DNA of 64,000 nt from Gemmatimonadales bacterium (GCA_041615815.1 JBFJCP010000004.1:85379-149378), one strand, 5' to 3'. Shown: positions 1-9,874, numbered from the stretch's first letter. Made by a program: numbers and translations. Notes: a model not told the origin generated them from the sequence alone.

Positions 1-3
1 TAT

Positions 4-987
4 GTGGCTCCCGATGGGGCCACGGCGGTGTACTTGGCGCTCACGCTCTTCGTCCTCGCCAACATCGCGTTCGAGATGGGGATGGTGTTCTATAACTCGT
101 TGCTCCCGGTGGTGGCGCCCGCTGAACAGATCGGGAGAGTATCCGGCTATGGGTGGGGACTGGGCTATGTGGGGGGGCTCGCCGCGCTGGTGGTGGCACT
201 GGTCGCGTTCATTCAGCCTGAGGTTCCCTGGTTCGGTATCACGAAGGAGGCGGGATTCCATATCCGTGCCACCAATCTCCTCGTGGCGGTCTGGTTTCTC
301 GTCTTCAGCATTCCCTTCTTCTGGTTCGTTCGAGAGGAGCGCCGACCGAAGGTCCAGGGGGCCGCCCCCGGCGCCTTTCAGGAACTCGCGCGGACCTTTC
401 GGGAGCTGCGGCGGTTTCGCGAAGCCGCCAAGTTTCTGCTGGCGCGGCTCATCTACAACGATGGGCTCGTGACGATCTTTGCCTTCGGTGGGATCTACGC
501 CGCTGGGACCTTCGGGTTCAGTTTCACCGAGATTCTCATTTTCGGTATCGCCATCAACGTCGCCGCCGGAATTGGTGCCCTGCTGTTCGGATTCATTGAC
601 GACTGGATTGGTGGAAAGAAGACCGTCTTGGTGAGTGTCGTGGCACTCGCGGTGGCGACCGCGATCGCGGCGTGGTCACCCGATCGAGCATGGTTCTGGG
701 TGGCGGGAATGTTGATCGGGATCTTTGCCGGTCCCAATCAGTCTGCCAGCCGATCGCTGATGGGTCGGTTCGTTCCTCGGGGGCGGCAGGCGGAGTTCTT
801 CGGGTTCTATGCCTTTTCTGGGAAGTTCACCGCGTTTCTGGGCCCCTTGTTGCTTGGCGTTTTCACGCAGCTCACGGGCACGCAGCGGGGCGGTGTTGCC
901 GTCGTCTTGGTGTTCTTTGTGATCGGGGGACTTCTCATGTTTGCGGTGGACGAGCGGGCCGGGATCGCCGCCGCCTCCGAGGACTAG
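4..987 (+). CDS. MFS transporter, UMF1/Atg22-like family (5' end truncated by window edge)
   Basis: Many hydrophobic TM segments; motifs VFYNSLLP, GRVSGYGWGLGYVGG, YNDG, GPNQSASRSLMGR, EFFGFY typical of this MFS family. Confidence 0.85.
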   Translation: MAPDGATAVYLALTLFVLANIAFEMGMVFYNSLLPVVAPAEQIGRVSGYGWGLGYVGGLAALVVALVAFIQPEVPWFGITKEAGFHIRATNLLVAVWFLVFSIPFFWFVREERRPKVQGAAPGAFQELARTFRELRRFREAAKFLLARLIYNDGLVTIFAFGGIYAAGTFGFSFTEILIFGIAINVAAGIGALLFGFIDDWIGGKKTVLVSVVALAVATAIAAWSPDRAWFWVAGMLIGIFAGPNQSASRSLMGRFVPRGRQAEFFGFYAFSGKFTAFLGPLLLGVFTQLTGTQRGGVAVVLVFFVIGGLLMFAVDERAGIAAASED

Positions 988-994
988 TCGCGCC

Positions 995-1798
995 TCAAGG
1001 AATGACCACGCCAGCGTAGGCGACGACATTGCGATCGTCGCCGGTCACGGCTCCGCTATGCCGATAATCCACCACGGTCCCCTCGCGTGCCCCGAGCAGG
1101 CGCGCGGCCACGGTCGTCACCGCGACGGCCGCGCGGCCGCACATGCTGACCCGCTTGCGCCGACACACCCGGAGGAGCTCCTGACCATCCAGCTGCCGCA
1201 CCGCGCGTAAGGCCGCGCGGTCCTTGCGTGCAGCGCGTTTGGCGGGCTCGTAGTGCGTCATGTCCGACGACGCCAGCAGCAGGACGGTGTCCGGCCATTG
1301 CCGCACGAGGTGGGCGAGTGCCCGTCCCAACCGCTCACATTCGGCCCAGTCGTCGAAGGCCAGGAGCAGCGGCACAATGGAGACATCGGGGGCGAGTGCG
1401 GCGAGGAATGGGAGGATGACTTCGATGGCATGCTCTCGCTGATGCGCGTGAGGGTCGTGTGCGGTCAATAGACAAGATTGTTCGAGGGCTTCGGCAAACT
1501 CTTGGGCGATCTTGACGGGGCCCATGGGTGTCTCGAAGGCACCTCGCGCCCACAGGCTCGCCCGAGACGATGTTCCGAGGGTCCCGGAGTGGTTGGGTCC
1601 GAGAATGACCACGACACGGGGAATTTCGATGCGGGCGAACACCGACGCCGCGCAGCGGCCGGAGTAGACCAGGCCCGCGTGTGGGACGACGGCCGCCCGA
1701 ACGGACCGGGTAGGCGCCCGGTACTCGCGCAGGTATTGGTCCACCTGCTCGCGGAGTTCCGCCGGATTGCCGGTGTAGAATCGGTCGGCCACGGCCAT
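995..1798 (-). CDS. amrB: AmmeMemoRadiSam system protein B (MEMO1 family); start uncertain
   Basis: AVADRFY, VPHAGLVYSG, ILGPNH, EHAIEV, SSDMTHY, SMCG, VVAYA motifs; directly downstream of amrS. The ORF-track start at 2008 overlaps amrS. Confidence 0.9.
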   Translation of the reverse strand: MAVADRFYTGNPAELREQVDQYLREYRAPTRSVRAAVVPHAGLVYSGRCAASVFARIEIPRVVVILGPNHSGTLGTSSRASLWARGAFETPMGPVKIAQEFAEALEQSCLLTAHDPHAHQREHAIEVILPFLAALAPDVSIVPLLLAFDDWAECERLGRALAHLVRQWPDTVLLLASSDMTHYEPAKRAARKDRAALRAVRQLDGQELLRVCRRKRVSMCGRAAVAVTTVAARLLGAREGTVVDYRHSGAVTGDDRNVVAYAGVVIP

Positions 1799-1836
1799 CG
1801 GCCGAATGTCGGGACGACCATCGGGGGAAACCAGGA

Positions 1837-2925
1837 TCAGTCCTGCACCCGGACGGGACGCCGTTGCCGTCCCCAGGAGCCCGGGCGGCCGCCGAACACC
1901 CCCGCACACGGCGTCCCGCAACGCTTGCAGTGCCCGGCGTTGGTGAGTTGCCACGCGTCGAGCGAATACCAGTCGCGTCCGATGAGCAGGGCCGAACAGG
2001 TGTGGCAATACGTGCTATCCCGCGTCGGATCGTGGACATTGCCGGTGTAGACGTAGCGCAGCCCATGCCGGAGGGCGATGTCGCGAGCGCGGATGAGGGC
2101 CTCGCGAGGCGTTGACGGCGTGTCCAGCATCTTCCAATCCGGATGAAACGCCGTGAAGTGGAGGGGAACGTCTGGTCCCAGGTGCTGGACGATCCACTGC
2201 GCCTGCGCCTCGAGCTCGGGAACCGCGTCGTTCTCCCCCGGGATCACGAGGGTGGTGATCTCGAGCCAGGTCTCGGTTTCGTGCCGTACGTATTCGAGCG
2301 TCTCGAGCACCGGCGCGAGATGGCCGGCGCAGATCTTATGATAGAAGGTGTCGCTGAAAGCCTTGAGATCGATGTTGGCCGCATCCATATGGCGGTAGAA
2401 CTCTGCACGCGGCTCGGGGCACTGGTAGCCGGCCGTCACGGCCACGGTTTTGACGCCGCGGGCCCGGCAGGCTTTCGCGACGTCGATCGCATACTCGTGG
2501 AAGACCACGGGGTCGTTGTACGTGAACGCGACGCTGGAACAGCGCCAGCGGACCGCGGTGTCGGCGACCGCGGCCGGTGAGGCGACATCGGCGAGCGTAT
2601 CGATCTCACGGGACTTACTAATATCCCAGTTCTGACAGAACTTACAGGCGAGATTACAGCCGGCGGTTCCGAAGGAGAGAACAGGCGTGCCGGGCAGAAA
2701 ATGGTAGAGCGGTTTCTTCTCGATGGGGTCGATGCAAAAGCCGCTGGAGCGGCCGTAGGTGGTGAGCACCACCTGGGCATCGAGGGAGCGACGCACAAAA
2801 CACAGGCCGCGTTGGCCCTCGCGGAGACGACAGGCGCGGGGACAGATGTCGCACTGCACCCGACCATCGTCGAGGCGGTGCCAGTACTGCGTGGGGTGGA
2901 CAGATTCGGCCACAGCCGTCATCAT
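1837..2925 (-). CDS. amrS: AmmeMemoRadiSam system radical SAM enzyme
   Basis: N-terminal CDICPRAC, IDPIEKKPLYHF, GCNLACKFCQNW (CxxxCxxC), FTYNDP, YVYTGN, C-terminal CxxC pairs; GAGGGA SD before ATG 2925. Confidence 0.93.
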   Translation of the reverse strand: MMTAVAESVHPTQYWHRLDDGRVQCDICPRACRLREGQRGLCFVRRSLDAQVVLTTYGRSSGFCIDPIEKKPLYHFLPGTPVLSFGTAGCNLACKFCQNWDISKSREIDTLADVASPAAVADTAVRWRCSSVAFTYNDPVVFHEYAIDVAKACRARGVKTVAVTAGYQCPEPRAEFYRHMDAANIDLKAFSDTFYHKICAGHLAPVLETLEYVRHETETWLEITTLVIPGENDAVPELEAQAQWIVQHLGPDVPLHFTAFHPDWKMLDTPSTPREALIRARDIALRHGLRYVYTGNVHDPTRDSTYCHTCSALLIGRDWYSLDAWQLTNAGHCKRCGTPCAGVFGGRPGSWGRQRRPVRVQD

Positions 2926-2940
2926 GCGATCCCTCGTCAC

Positions 2941-2950
2941 ACTATAGAAT
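2941..2950. promoter_or_regulatory. Overlapping divergent -10 elements (TATAGT on - strand, TAGAAT on + strand)
   Basis: Only 32 bp separate the two start codons; TAGAAT (2945-2950) lies 7 nt before ATG 2958. Confidence 0.5.
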
Positions 2951-2957
2951 GATAACC

Positions 2958-3431
2958 ATGAAGATCGCGCTCGTTGTGGCCGGCGTTCTCGCGGGGCTCG
3001 TTGTCGTCGGGGTGACTGGGCTGTGGGTGGCCGCCCGGATCGTGCCGCGGCCGTCTGAGGTTGGCAAGCCTACCGATCGGTTGTCGCCGTGTCCGGCCTC
3101 CCCCAATTGTGTGTCGTCGCAGGGCGCCGGCGCCCGGCATGCTGCGGCGCCCCTGCCGTACACGGGGTCGCTGGACGAGGCGCTGGCGCGGCTGGTGCGG
3201 GTGTTGGAGGATCAGAAGCGCACGGTCATTGTGACCCGGACCGACACGTATGTGCATGCCGAGGCGCGGTCCGCGCTCTTCAGGTTCGTCGATGATGTTG
3301 AGTTCGTGTTGGACGATCGTGAGAAGGTGGTGCACTTCCGGTCGGCATCGCGGGTCGGCAGGTCGGACTACGGTGTCAATCGCGCACGCATGGAGCGGAT
3401 CCGCGCAGCGTTCACGGCCAGCGTGGACTAG
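2958..3431 (+). CDS. DUF1499 domain protein, N-terminal membrane anchor
   Basis: CPASPNCVSS, FRFVDDVEF, RSASRVGRSDYGVNRAR motifs. Confidence 0.88.
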   Translation: MKIALVVAGVLAGLVVVGVTGLWVAARIVPRPSEVGKPTDRLSPCPASPNCVSSQGAGARHAAAPLPYTGSLDEALARLVRVLEDQKRTVIVTRTDTYVHAEARSALFRFVDDVEFVLDDREKVVHFRSASRVGRSDYGVNRARMERIRAAFTASVD

Positions 3432-3522
3432 TGATTACGCATTCAGCGCGGAGCACGCCGAGACCCCAGGTGAAATACGGATCCGGCTTGTAAGAGGTGG
3501 GCACTAGCGCGTGCCTACGTCA

Positions 3523-4047
3523 TTACTGCACGACGAGCCGGGCACGGAATCGGCTGGCGAGGCTCACCCGTCGCATCTCGTCGTCCGTCATCGATATCCA
3601 TACGAGGTCGGCTCCGTTCACCGTGCCCTCCACCATTCTGCGGTCCACGCGCGTCACCACGAACGACAGGGTGGATTCAGCGTCATGATGCACGCCGATG
3701 TCGTTCGGTAGGCTGAGTTGCATCACGGCACCCAATTGTTGGTCATCAACGTTGCTCAGATCCACAGGCCGGCCCACGAGATCGTCCACGCCCTGCGCGG
3801 CGGATCGCCACTGCACACTCCCGCTCGGCACGGCGGTCACGATGTTGACTGCCGCGGGATCCTGCCCGAGTGCAAAGAACACCCGTCCGTCTGGCAACGC
3901 CATCGAGACCAGATCGATCTGACCAAATCGAAACTCTTCACCATTCACGGTTCCCCGCCAATAGGTATCGTTCCCACGACCACAGCCGATGGCCAAGACC
4001 GCGAGGACACCGGCGGCGATCGCCGCACGGGACGCTGGGTCAGTCAA
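3523..4047 (-). CDS. Hypothetical lipoprotein
   Basis: Signal peptide ending LAIG-C; start overlaps the puuD stop by 8 bp; beta-rich mature part. Confidence 0.65.
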   Translation of the reverse strand: MTDPASRAAIAAGVLAVLAIGCGRGNDTYWRGTVNGEEFRFGQIDLVSMALPDGRVFFALGQDPAAVNIVTAVPSGSVQWRSAAQGVDDLVGRPVDLSNVDDQQLGAVMQLSLPNDIGVHHDAESTLSFVVTRVDRRMVEGTVNGADLVWISMTDDEMRRVSLASRFRARLVVQ

Positions 4048-5230
4048 TCGACGCTCCCTGTTGCATCCAGCGCGCTAGCACAGTCCGCTCGTCGGGCGTC
4101 ATGCCCGTGAGGTTGGCCAGAGGCATGGTCTGCGTCTCGATGGCGACGGCGCGGATCTGCTCCAGGTGCCGAGAGATTTGCTCGGGAGTGTCGAGAACCA
4201 CGCCGAGTGGGGCGACGGGGAACCCCGGTTGGGTCGGCCTTGCCGAGTGACACGGGGTGCAGCGACGCTGAATGATGTGGTGGACTTCGGCAAACGTCAC
4301 GGGCTCCTCCGCCTGCGTCCCCGGTGCGGCGATGCGTGGTGCGGTGACGAACGTGAGGCCCACGATTGCGACGGCAGCGGCGGGCAGGATCCAGACGTGC
4401 TGCCGCTGCCGATTCCGGAGGTTGAAGTAATGGCGAACGCCAACTCCCACCACCGCGAGGGCGGCGAGGATGGCCCAATTATAGGGGTGCCCATAGGTGA
4501 ACGGATAGTGGTTGCTCACCATGATGAAGAGCACGGGCAAGGTCATGTAGTTGTTATGGACGGCACGGAGCGCGGCCTTCCTTCCCAGGGCAGCATCCGG
4601 CACCCGCTGCTCACGGATCGCTCTCACCATCTCCTTTTGCTGTGGGATGATCACGCGGAAGACATTGGCGGCCATGAGGGTGCCGAGCATAGCGCCCACG
4701 TGGATGTAGGCGCCGCGGCTCGAAAAAATGCGGGTCAGCCCAAAGGTAGTGGCTAGGACGAGTCCGAGGGCAGTGAGGGTGAAGGCGAGTTGGGAGTGCA
4801 CGAGCGACGTGCGGCATAGAGCGTCGTACACCAGCCATCCACCCGCCAGCGTGACCAGGCTGACCACCACGGCGGCCGCGGGACGCACTCCGGAGACCGA
4901 TGCATCCAAGAGAAAGGCGTCCGCTCCCAGATAGTAGATCAGCACGAGCAGAGCGAAGCCGGTGATCCAGGTGGCGTACGCCTCCCACTTGAACCAGTGG
5001 AGGGTGTCCGGGAGTCGATTGGGCGCCACGTCGTATTTGACGACGCGATAGAAGCCCCCGCCGTGCACCGACCACATTTCCCCGCCGACCCCGGGCTCTG
5101 GCGCTGCCGGACGTTCGAGGCGGCGATTCAGCCAGTTGAAGTAGAAGGAGGTTCCGATCCACGCAATGCCGACGATAACGTGGATCCACCGCAGCACGAG
5201 GTTGAGCCAGTGAGTAAGGTAGGCGTCCAC
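4040..5230 (-). CDS. puuD: Membrane urate hydroxylase PuuD with C-terminal cytochrome c domain
   Basis: RWIHVIVGIAWIGTSFYF, WSVHGGGFY, LHWFKWEAY, HNNYMTLPV, SNHY, heme motif CTPCH, MPLAN; sits in urate operon. Confidence 0.92.
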   Translation of the reverse strand: MDAYLTHWLNLVLRWIHVIVGIAWIGTSFYFNWLNRRLERPAAPEPGVGGEMWSVHGGGFYRVVKYDVAPNRLPDTLHWFKWEAYATWITGFALLVLIYYLGADAFLLDASVSGVRPAAAVVVSLVTLAGGWLVYDALCRTSLVHSQLAFTLTALGLVLATTFGLTRIFSSRGAYIHVGAMLGTLMAANVFRVIIPQQKEMVRAIREQRVPDAALGRKAALRAVHNNYMTLPVLFIMVSNHYPFTYGHPYNWAILAALAVVGVGVRHYFNLRNRQRQHVWILPAAAVAIVGLTFVTAPRIAAPGTQAEEPVTFAEVHHIIQRRCTPCHSARPTQPGFPVAPLGVVLDTPEQISRHLEQIRAVAIETQTMPLANLTGMTPDERTVLARWMQQGASID

Positions 5231-5264
5231 GTGATCCCTACACCGAGACGAGCCACATGGGGAT

Positions 5265-5606
5265 TCAGCTTCCTCGGTAGGTCGAGTACCCGAAGGGGCT
5301 CACGAGAAGCGGTACGTGATAGTGTTGCCCGGGGCGTACCAAGAACACCACGTCCACGTACGGATAGAACCCCGGAGTGTCCTCGGCCGCGAAATATTCC
5401 GCCACCGCAAACCGCAGGCGATACGTGCCCGCTTGTCGGATGGCGGGCTCACTGAGGAGATCACCCACGCGTCCGTCGGCGTCGGTATGGCGCTGCGCCA
5501 CCTTGGCCCAACCGCCACTGTCCCCCATGAGGTAGAGCGTAATCGCCACTCCGGCGGCAGGTTTGCCGGTGGCAGTATCGAGCACGTGCGAAGTGATAGC
5601 GCTCAT
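5265..5606 (-). CDS. uraH: 5-hydroxyisourate hydrolase (transthyretin-like)
   Basis: HVLDTATGKPA, TDADGR, HYHVPLL, C-terminal YRGS. Confidence 0.96.
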   Translation of the reverse strand: MSAITSHVLDTATGKPAAGVAITLYLMGDSGGWAKVAQRHTDADGRVGDLLSEPAIRQAGTYRLRFAVAEYFAAEDTPGFYPYVDVVFLVRPGQHYHVPLLVSPFGYSTYRGS

Positions 5607-6094
5607 GAGTCGACCAGTTTGCGCAGACGGAGTTCGGTGATTTTGGCCTGCTCGCCGGCGGCCAGGCGGAGTTCGGTCCCGGGATCATTGCGCAGCCGGT
5701 GGTAGAGGGCGGTCAATATCTCCTCACCGCTTCGGCCTGTGGCGCAAATGAGAAAGATATGTCCGAACCGTTGCTCGTACGCGCGGTTGCCCTCGACGAG
5801 GGCGTCGCGTGTGTCCGTGCCGGCGCCGGCCATCCCGGCTTGCTCCTGCTCGGCCCACCCCTTAGTCCCGCGGGCACCGATCCGCGGATGATGGGCGAAC
5901 GCCTCGAGCCAATCTGCCGGATCGAGGTCCCACCAGGTCGTGCCAGCCCGCCGAAAGAGCGTCTCGTCGTCGGGATAAGGTCGCAACGCGAGCATGTGCC
6001 GGACCCAGCGGCGCGAGCCGCAACACGAGTGGAGCACGTCCCGACACCGGTCGTCGGACAGCGCGTTGAGGTGTTGGGCGACCGTGTCGCGCAT
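5603..6094 (-). CDS. uraD: OHCU decarboxylase
   Basis: CCGSRRW, EAFAHHPRIG, EQ, NRAYEQRFGHIFLICATGRS, EQAKITELRL; start moved to ATG 6094 after the alc stop. Confidence 0.92.
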   Translation of the reverse strand: MRDTVAQHLNALSDDRCRDVLHSCCGSRRWVRHMLALRPYPDDETLFRRAGTTWWDLDPADWLEAFAHHPRIGARGTKGWAEQEQAGMAGAGTDTRDALVEGNRAYEQRFGHIFLICATGRSGEEILTALYHRLRNDPGTELRLAAGEQAKITELRLRKLVDS

Positions 6095-6099
6095 GTGGC

Positions 6100-7092
6100 C
6101 TATCGGTCTTGCGGCCGTCCATAGAGTCGAAAGCGGCTCACCCCACCATCCGGGTAAATGTTCAGTCGCACGTGGGTCACCGGTGTCGGAATCTCCGGTG
6201 GTTGAAATCGGTGCTGGGTGTGGCCCTGGAGCGGCGAAGGGGGCAGGAGCGGTAACCAATCCGCCTGCTCGAGCGACTCGCCTTCGGTGGCGGAGAGGTC
6301 GCACGCGTCCACACTGCACTGCGCCGGGTAGTTCCCTTTGAAGTGGGTGGTATCGACGAGGATCTCCTCGACGATCCCCCGTCGCCCCAGACGCAGGACC
6401 ACCCAATCGTGGCCAGCGTCCCGTCGCCGACGGGTCTCCCACCCGTCCCCCATGTTGGCCGCCGGTCCGGGCATGAGCAGGTTGAGCGGTTCCGAGAAGA
6501 ACTCGTCACTGCATGAGAGTGGCGTCCCGCCGTGCACGGCCGCGACGAGATCTACCGGCGTGCCGGCCGCGAGGATGCGGTCCCAATCCGGCCGGGCGTC
6601 GCCGAACACCCGCAACCGGGCCACGCCGCCGTCCGGGTAGATGTTGAGCCGCACATGCGACCATCGATGCCCCGCCGCGACCGGGAAACGGTTCTCGGTG
6701 TGGCCCTGTAGCGGGGATGGGGGCACGATCTCGGCCCAGGCGTCCGACTCGTGCAGGGCCTCCTGGGACGCACGCTCCGGAAACGTCCCAGCATCAATCG
6801 AGCAAGACGACGGATAATTGCCGCGGAAATGATTGGTGTCCACCACGATCTCCCGAATCACCCCCGGCACACCGAGGCAGATGATGCACCAATCGAATCC
6901 CGGTTCGCGGCGTCGTCGCGTCTCCCATCCGTCCATCCACTTGCCGCGGTCGGTGAACTTGTCCTCGACGAAGATACCACGGCCGGGTTTGAGGAGGTTT
7001 TCCTTGGCGCCGAAGAACTCATCGTTCGCCACCAAGGCCTGGCCTCCCAACCGCTCGGCGGCGAGATCAAGGAGTGGGGAGGATGCGCTCAT
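6100..7092 (-). CDS. alc: Allantoicase
   Basis: Two allantoicase repeats, each with DEFF, DGWETRRRR, DTxHFxGNYP, RLNIYPDGGV. Confidence 0.95.
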   Translation of the reverse strand: MSASSPLLDLAAERLGGQALVANDEFFGAKENLLKPGRGIFVEDKFTDRGKWMDGWETRRRREPGFDWCIICLGVPGVIREIVVDTNHFRGNYPSSCSIDAGTFPERASQEALHESDAWAEIVPPSPLQGHTENRFPVAAGHRWSHVRLNIYPDGGVARLRVFGDARPDWDRILAAGTPVDLVAAVHGGTPLSCSDEFFSEPLNLLMPGPAANMGDGWETRRRRDAGHDWVVLRLGRRGIVEEILVDTTHFKGNYPAQCSVDACDLSATEGESLEQADWLPLLPPSPLQGHTQHRFQPPEIPTPVTHVRLNIYPDGGVSRFRLYGRPQDR

Positions 7093-8450
7093 GCCGGCGT
7101 CCGCTGCAAGTGTTGTCCGAACCGCTCATGCGCCAACTGACCCTCATCGAACACACAACGGCCGCGCAGGAAAGTCTGGTGGACCACTCCCGCCAATGTC
7201 CGTCCCTCGTATGGGGTCAACGGATGCCGATGGTGCAGAGCGGCGCCCCGCACCACGAATTGCTCGTCGGGATCCCACAAGACGAGATCCCCGTCCATGC
7301 CGGGCGCGATCTCTCCTTTGCGGTGGGACAAGCCCGCGAGACGCGCCGGTGCGCGGCAGAGCCAATGCACGAGGTCGCTGAGACCGTGATGATGACCTCG
7401 TGCCCCCGTCCACGTGGCCGGTAGCAGCAGTTGCAGCGATGCAATGCCTCCCCAAGCTCGCATGAAATCGCCCGTCGAGAGACACTTGAGCGCCGGTGGG
7501 GACGGTGAGTGGTCCGACGCGACGAGGTCGATCGTGCCGTCCGCCAACCCCCCCCACAGCCGTTCGCGGTTCTCGCGCTCGCGAATCGGTGGCGCACACT
7601 TGTAGGGCGTAGCACCGTCTGGGATATCCTCGGCGGCGAACGTGAGATAGTGCGGACAAGTCTCGACGGTGAGCGGCACCCCCTCGCTCCGAGCGGCGCT
7701 GAGCATGGGCAACGCGTCGGCAGAGGACAGGTGGACGACGTGCATGGGGCTTCCAAACTCGCGGCAAAGGCGTATGACCAGATCAATCGCTTCATGCTCG
7801 GCGGCTCGAGGGCGCGAAGCAAGATAGTCTTCGTACCGGCGCACCGTGGCGTTGGCAGCGACTGATTCGGTGGCGGTCGCGATGGGGCCGGGCATTTCCG
7901 CATGGACCAAGAGCGGCTGTCTCCGCTGGGCCAGGTGCGGCAACGCGTGCCGGAGCAGAGGCTCCGACACCTGGGGGAAGTCGTCGATCCCGGAGGGAAC
8001 GAGAAAGCACTTGCATCCCAAGACCCCGGCCTCGAGCAGTCCGTCCAGCGCTCCCCGATTGTCGGGGACCACGCCGCCCCAGAACCCGTAGTCCACAAGG
8101 CATTTTCCTCGGCTCTCGTCCAGTTTGGCCTGAACGGCGGCCGGTGTGGTGGTGACCGGCGACGAGTTGAGGGGCATGTCGACCAGGGTGGTGATCCCAC
8201 CGGCTGCGGCCGCCGCGGTCGCGGTGGCGAATCCCTCCCAATCGGTTCGGCCCGGCTCGTTCACGTGCACGTGAACATCCATGACGCCCGGCATCACCAC
8301 GAGATTGCCGGCATCGACCGTCCGAACGGCCTTGACGTCCGTGCCGCGAGGGGCGACGCGCTCGATCACGCCATCCACGACGACCACCGTGGCTGCACGG
8401 GGGCCGTCCCGCGTGATCACCCGGTTGCTGGAGAGGGCGAGATCGACCAT
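7089..8450 (-). CDS. allB: Allantoinase (amidohydrolase)
   Basis: DVHVHVNEPGRTDWEGF, GGITTLVDMPLNS, VHAE, HVVHLS, ETCPHYL, KCAPPIR, SDHSP, WGGI. Confidence 0.93.
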   Translation of the reverse strand: MVDLALSSNRVITRDGPRAATVVVVDGVIERVAPRGTDVKAVRTVDAGNLVVMPGVMDVHVHVNEPGRTDWEGFATATAAAAAGGITTLVDMPLNSSPVTTTPAAVQAKLDESRGKCLVDYGFWGGVVPDNRGALDGLLEAGVLGCKCFLVPSGIDDFPQVSEPLLRHALPHLAQRRQPLLVHAEMPGPIATATESVAANATVRRYEDYLASRPRAAEHEAIDLVIRLCREFGSPMHVVHLSSADALPMLSAARSEGVPLTVETCPHYLTFAAEDIPDGATPYKCAPPIRERENRERLWGGLADGTIDLVASDHSPSPPALKCLSTGDFMRAWGGIASLQLLLPATWTGARGHHHGLSDLVHWLCRAPARLAGLSHRKGEIAPGMDGDLVLWDPDEQFVVRGAALHHRHPLTPYEGRTLAGVVHQTFLRGRCVFDEGQLAHERFGQHLQRTPA

Positions 8451-8625
8451 TCGCGATAGGATAGACGCCGCCAGACCCCACGGCCAGAGGTCAGGCGCGC
8501 GTCTGGGGCCGGACGAGAGCCCGGCGCGGCCGAGCGACCACGGTGATTTGACCAGACCGGGCCGTAGCACGAAACTCCAGCCAGCGTACCTCGTAGAGTC
8601 CGGAGAACCTCGACCCCCCAATCTC

Positions 8626-9855
8626 GTGCCAGATCCAGCGCCCGATCTCTCTCGCTTGCGCATTGACCGCGACTCGCCGTCGCCGGCTTCGAAGCGTGCG
8701 CTTCGGCGAAGCCTCGTGCTGGCTGGCCTAGCGCTAGCACTCGTGGCCGCGACGCTCCTGTGGTTCCGCTCTGGTGAAGCGCCTGAGGTCGAGGTGGCCC
8801 TGGCGGAGGTGAGTGGGGGTGCCGCCGGTGGGACCACGGGAATCACGGCGAACGGATATGTGGTGGCCCGCACCAAAGCCTCGGTCTCATCCAAGGTCTC
8901 TGGGCGTCTGGCCTATCTCGGGGTGACCGAAGGTTCCGTGGTCAAACGCGGCGAGGTGATCGCGCGTCTCGAGAACGATGATTACCAGGCCAGCCTGGCT
9001 CAATCTGAGGCGGACCTGGCGCGGGCACGTGCGGCACTGCGGGAAGCGGAGGCGCAACGGGATCAGTTACGGCGCGACCTTGCGCGGGAGCGCGAGCTCC
9101 TCGAGCAGAATCTGACGTCGGCGCGGGAGGTGGAGGATCTGGCGGCGCGCCTCACCGGGGGGGAGGCGCGCGTGGGTGTGCAGGCGGCACAAGTCCAGGC
9201 CGCCGAGGCCGGTGTCGGCGTTGCCCGTGCGAATCTCGAGAACACCTACATTCGAGCGCCGTTCAATGGCACGGTGCTCCGCAAGGACGCCGAGGTGGGT
9301 GAGGTCGTGGCGCCGGTGGCCACAGGAGGCGGGCTCACCCGCGGGGCGGTGGTGACCATGGCGGACATGGAGACCCTCGAGGTCGAGGTCGACGTCAACG
9401 AGGCCTATATCGCGCAAATCGCGGGGGGTCAGCCGGCGCGCATCTATCTGGACGCCTATCCGAACGAAGCCTATCAGGGGGCGGTGCGTCAGGTGGTCCC
9501 CACGGCCGATCGGCAGCGGGCCACGGTGTTAGTGAAGGTGAACATCTTGGATCGTGACAGCCGGATCCTGCCCGAGATGGCGGCCCGAGTGGACTTTCTC
9601 AACGAGCCCGCCACGGGTGACGCGCCGGAGCCCGCCCGGATTTTCGTACCTGCGACGGCAGTACGGAGTGACGGCGGCGAGACGGTGGTCTGGCTGGTGC
9701 GGGATGGGAGGCTCGAACGGCGGATCGTGGATGCGGGTCCGGTGTCGGCGGGTCGACGGGAGATTCGATCCGGCTTGTCTGGGGGAGAGCAAGTGATCGT
9801 GGCCGGTCCCGCCGATCTCGCAGAGGGCGGTAGTGTGCGGCCGCGACGGCCGTAA
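8626..9855 (+). CDS. Efflux periplasmic adaptor subunit (MacA/HlyD-like); start approximate
   Basis: N-terminal TM, ANGYVVA, helical hairpin, [21 protein letters not shown]. Confidence 0.88.
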   Translation: MPDPAPDLSRLRIDRDSPSPASKRALRRSLVLAGLALALVAATLLWFRSGEAPEVEVALAEVSGGAAGGTTGITANGYVVARTKASVSSKVSGRLAYLGVTEGSVVKRGEVIARLENDDYQASLAQSEADLARARAALREAEAQRDQLRRDLARERELLEQNLTSAREVEDLAARLTGGEARVGVQAAQVQAAEAGVGVARANLENTYIRAPFNGTVLRKDAEVGEVVAPVATGGGLTRGAVVTMADMETLEVEVDVNEAYIAQIAGGQPARIYLDAYPNEAYQGAVRQVVPTADRQRATVLVKVNILDRDSRILPEMAARVDFLNEPATGDAPEPARIFVPATAVRSDGGETVVWLVRDGRLERRIVDAGPVSAGRREIRSGLSGGEQVIVAGPADLAEGGSVRPRRP

Positions 9856-9874
9856 CTCATCACGGGAGTCACGG

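Noticed and set aside
7089-9855. Apparent 600-bp head-to-head overlap of allB (601 aa) and the adaptor ORF (524 aa)
   Set aside because: Artefact of longest-ORF starts; homology begins at 8450 and about 8626
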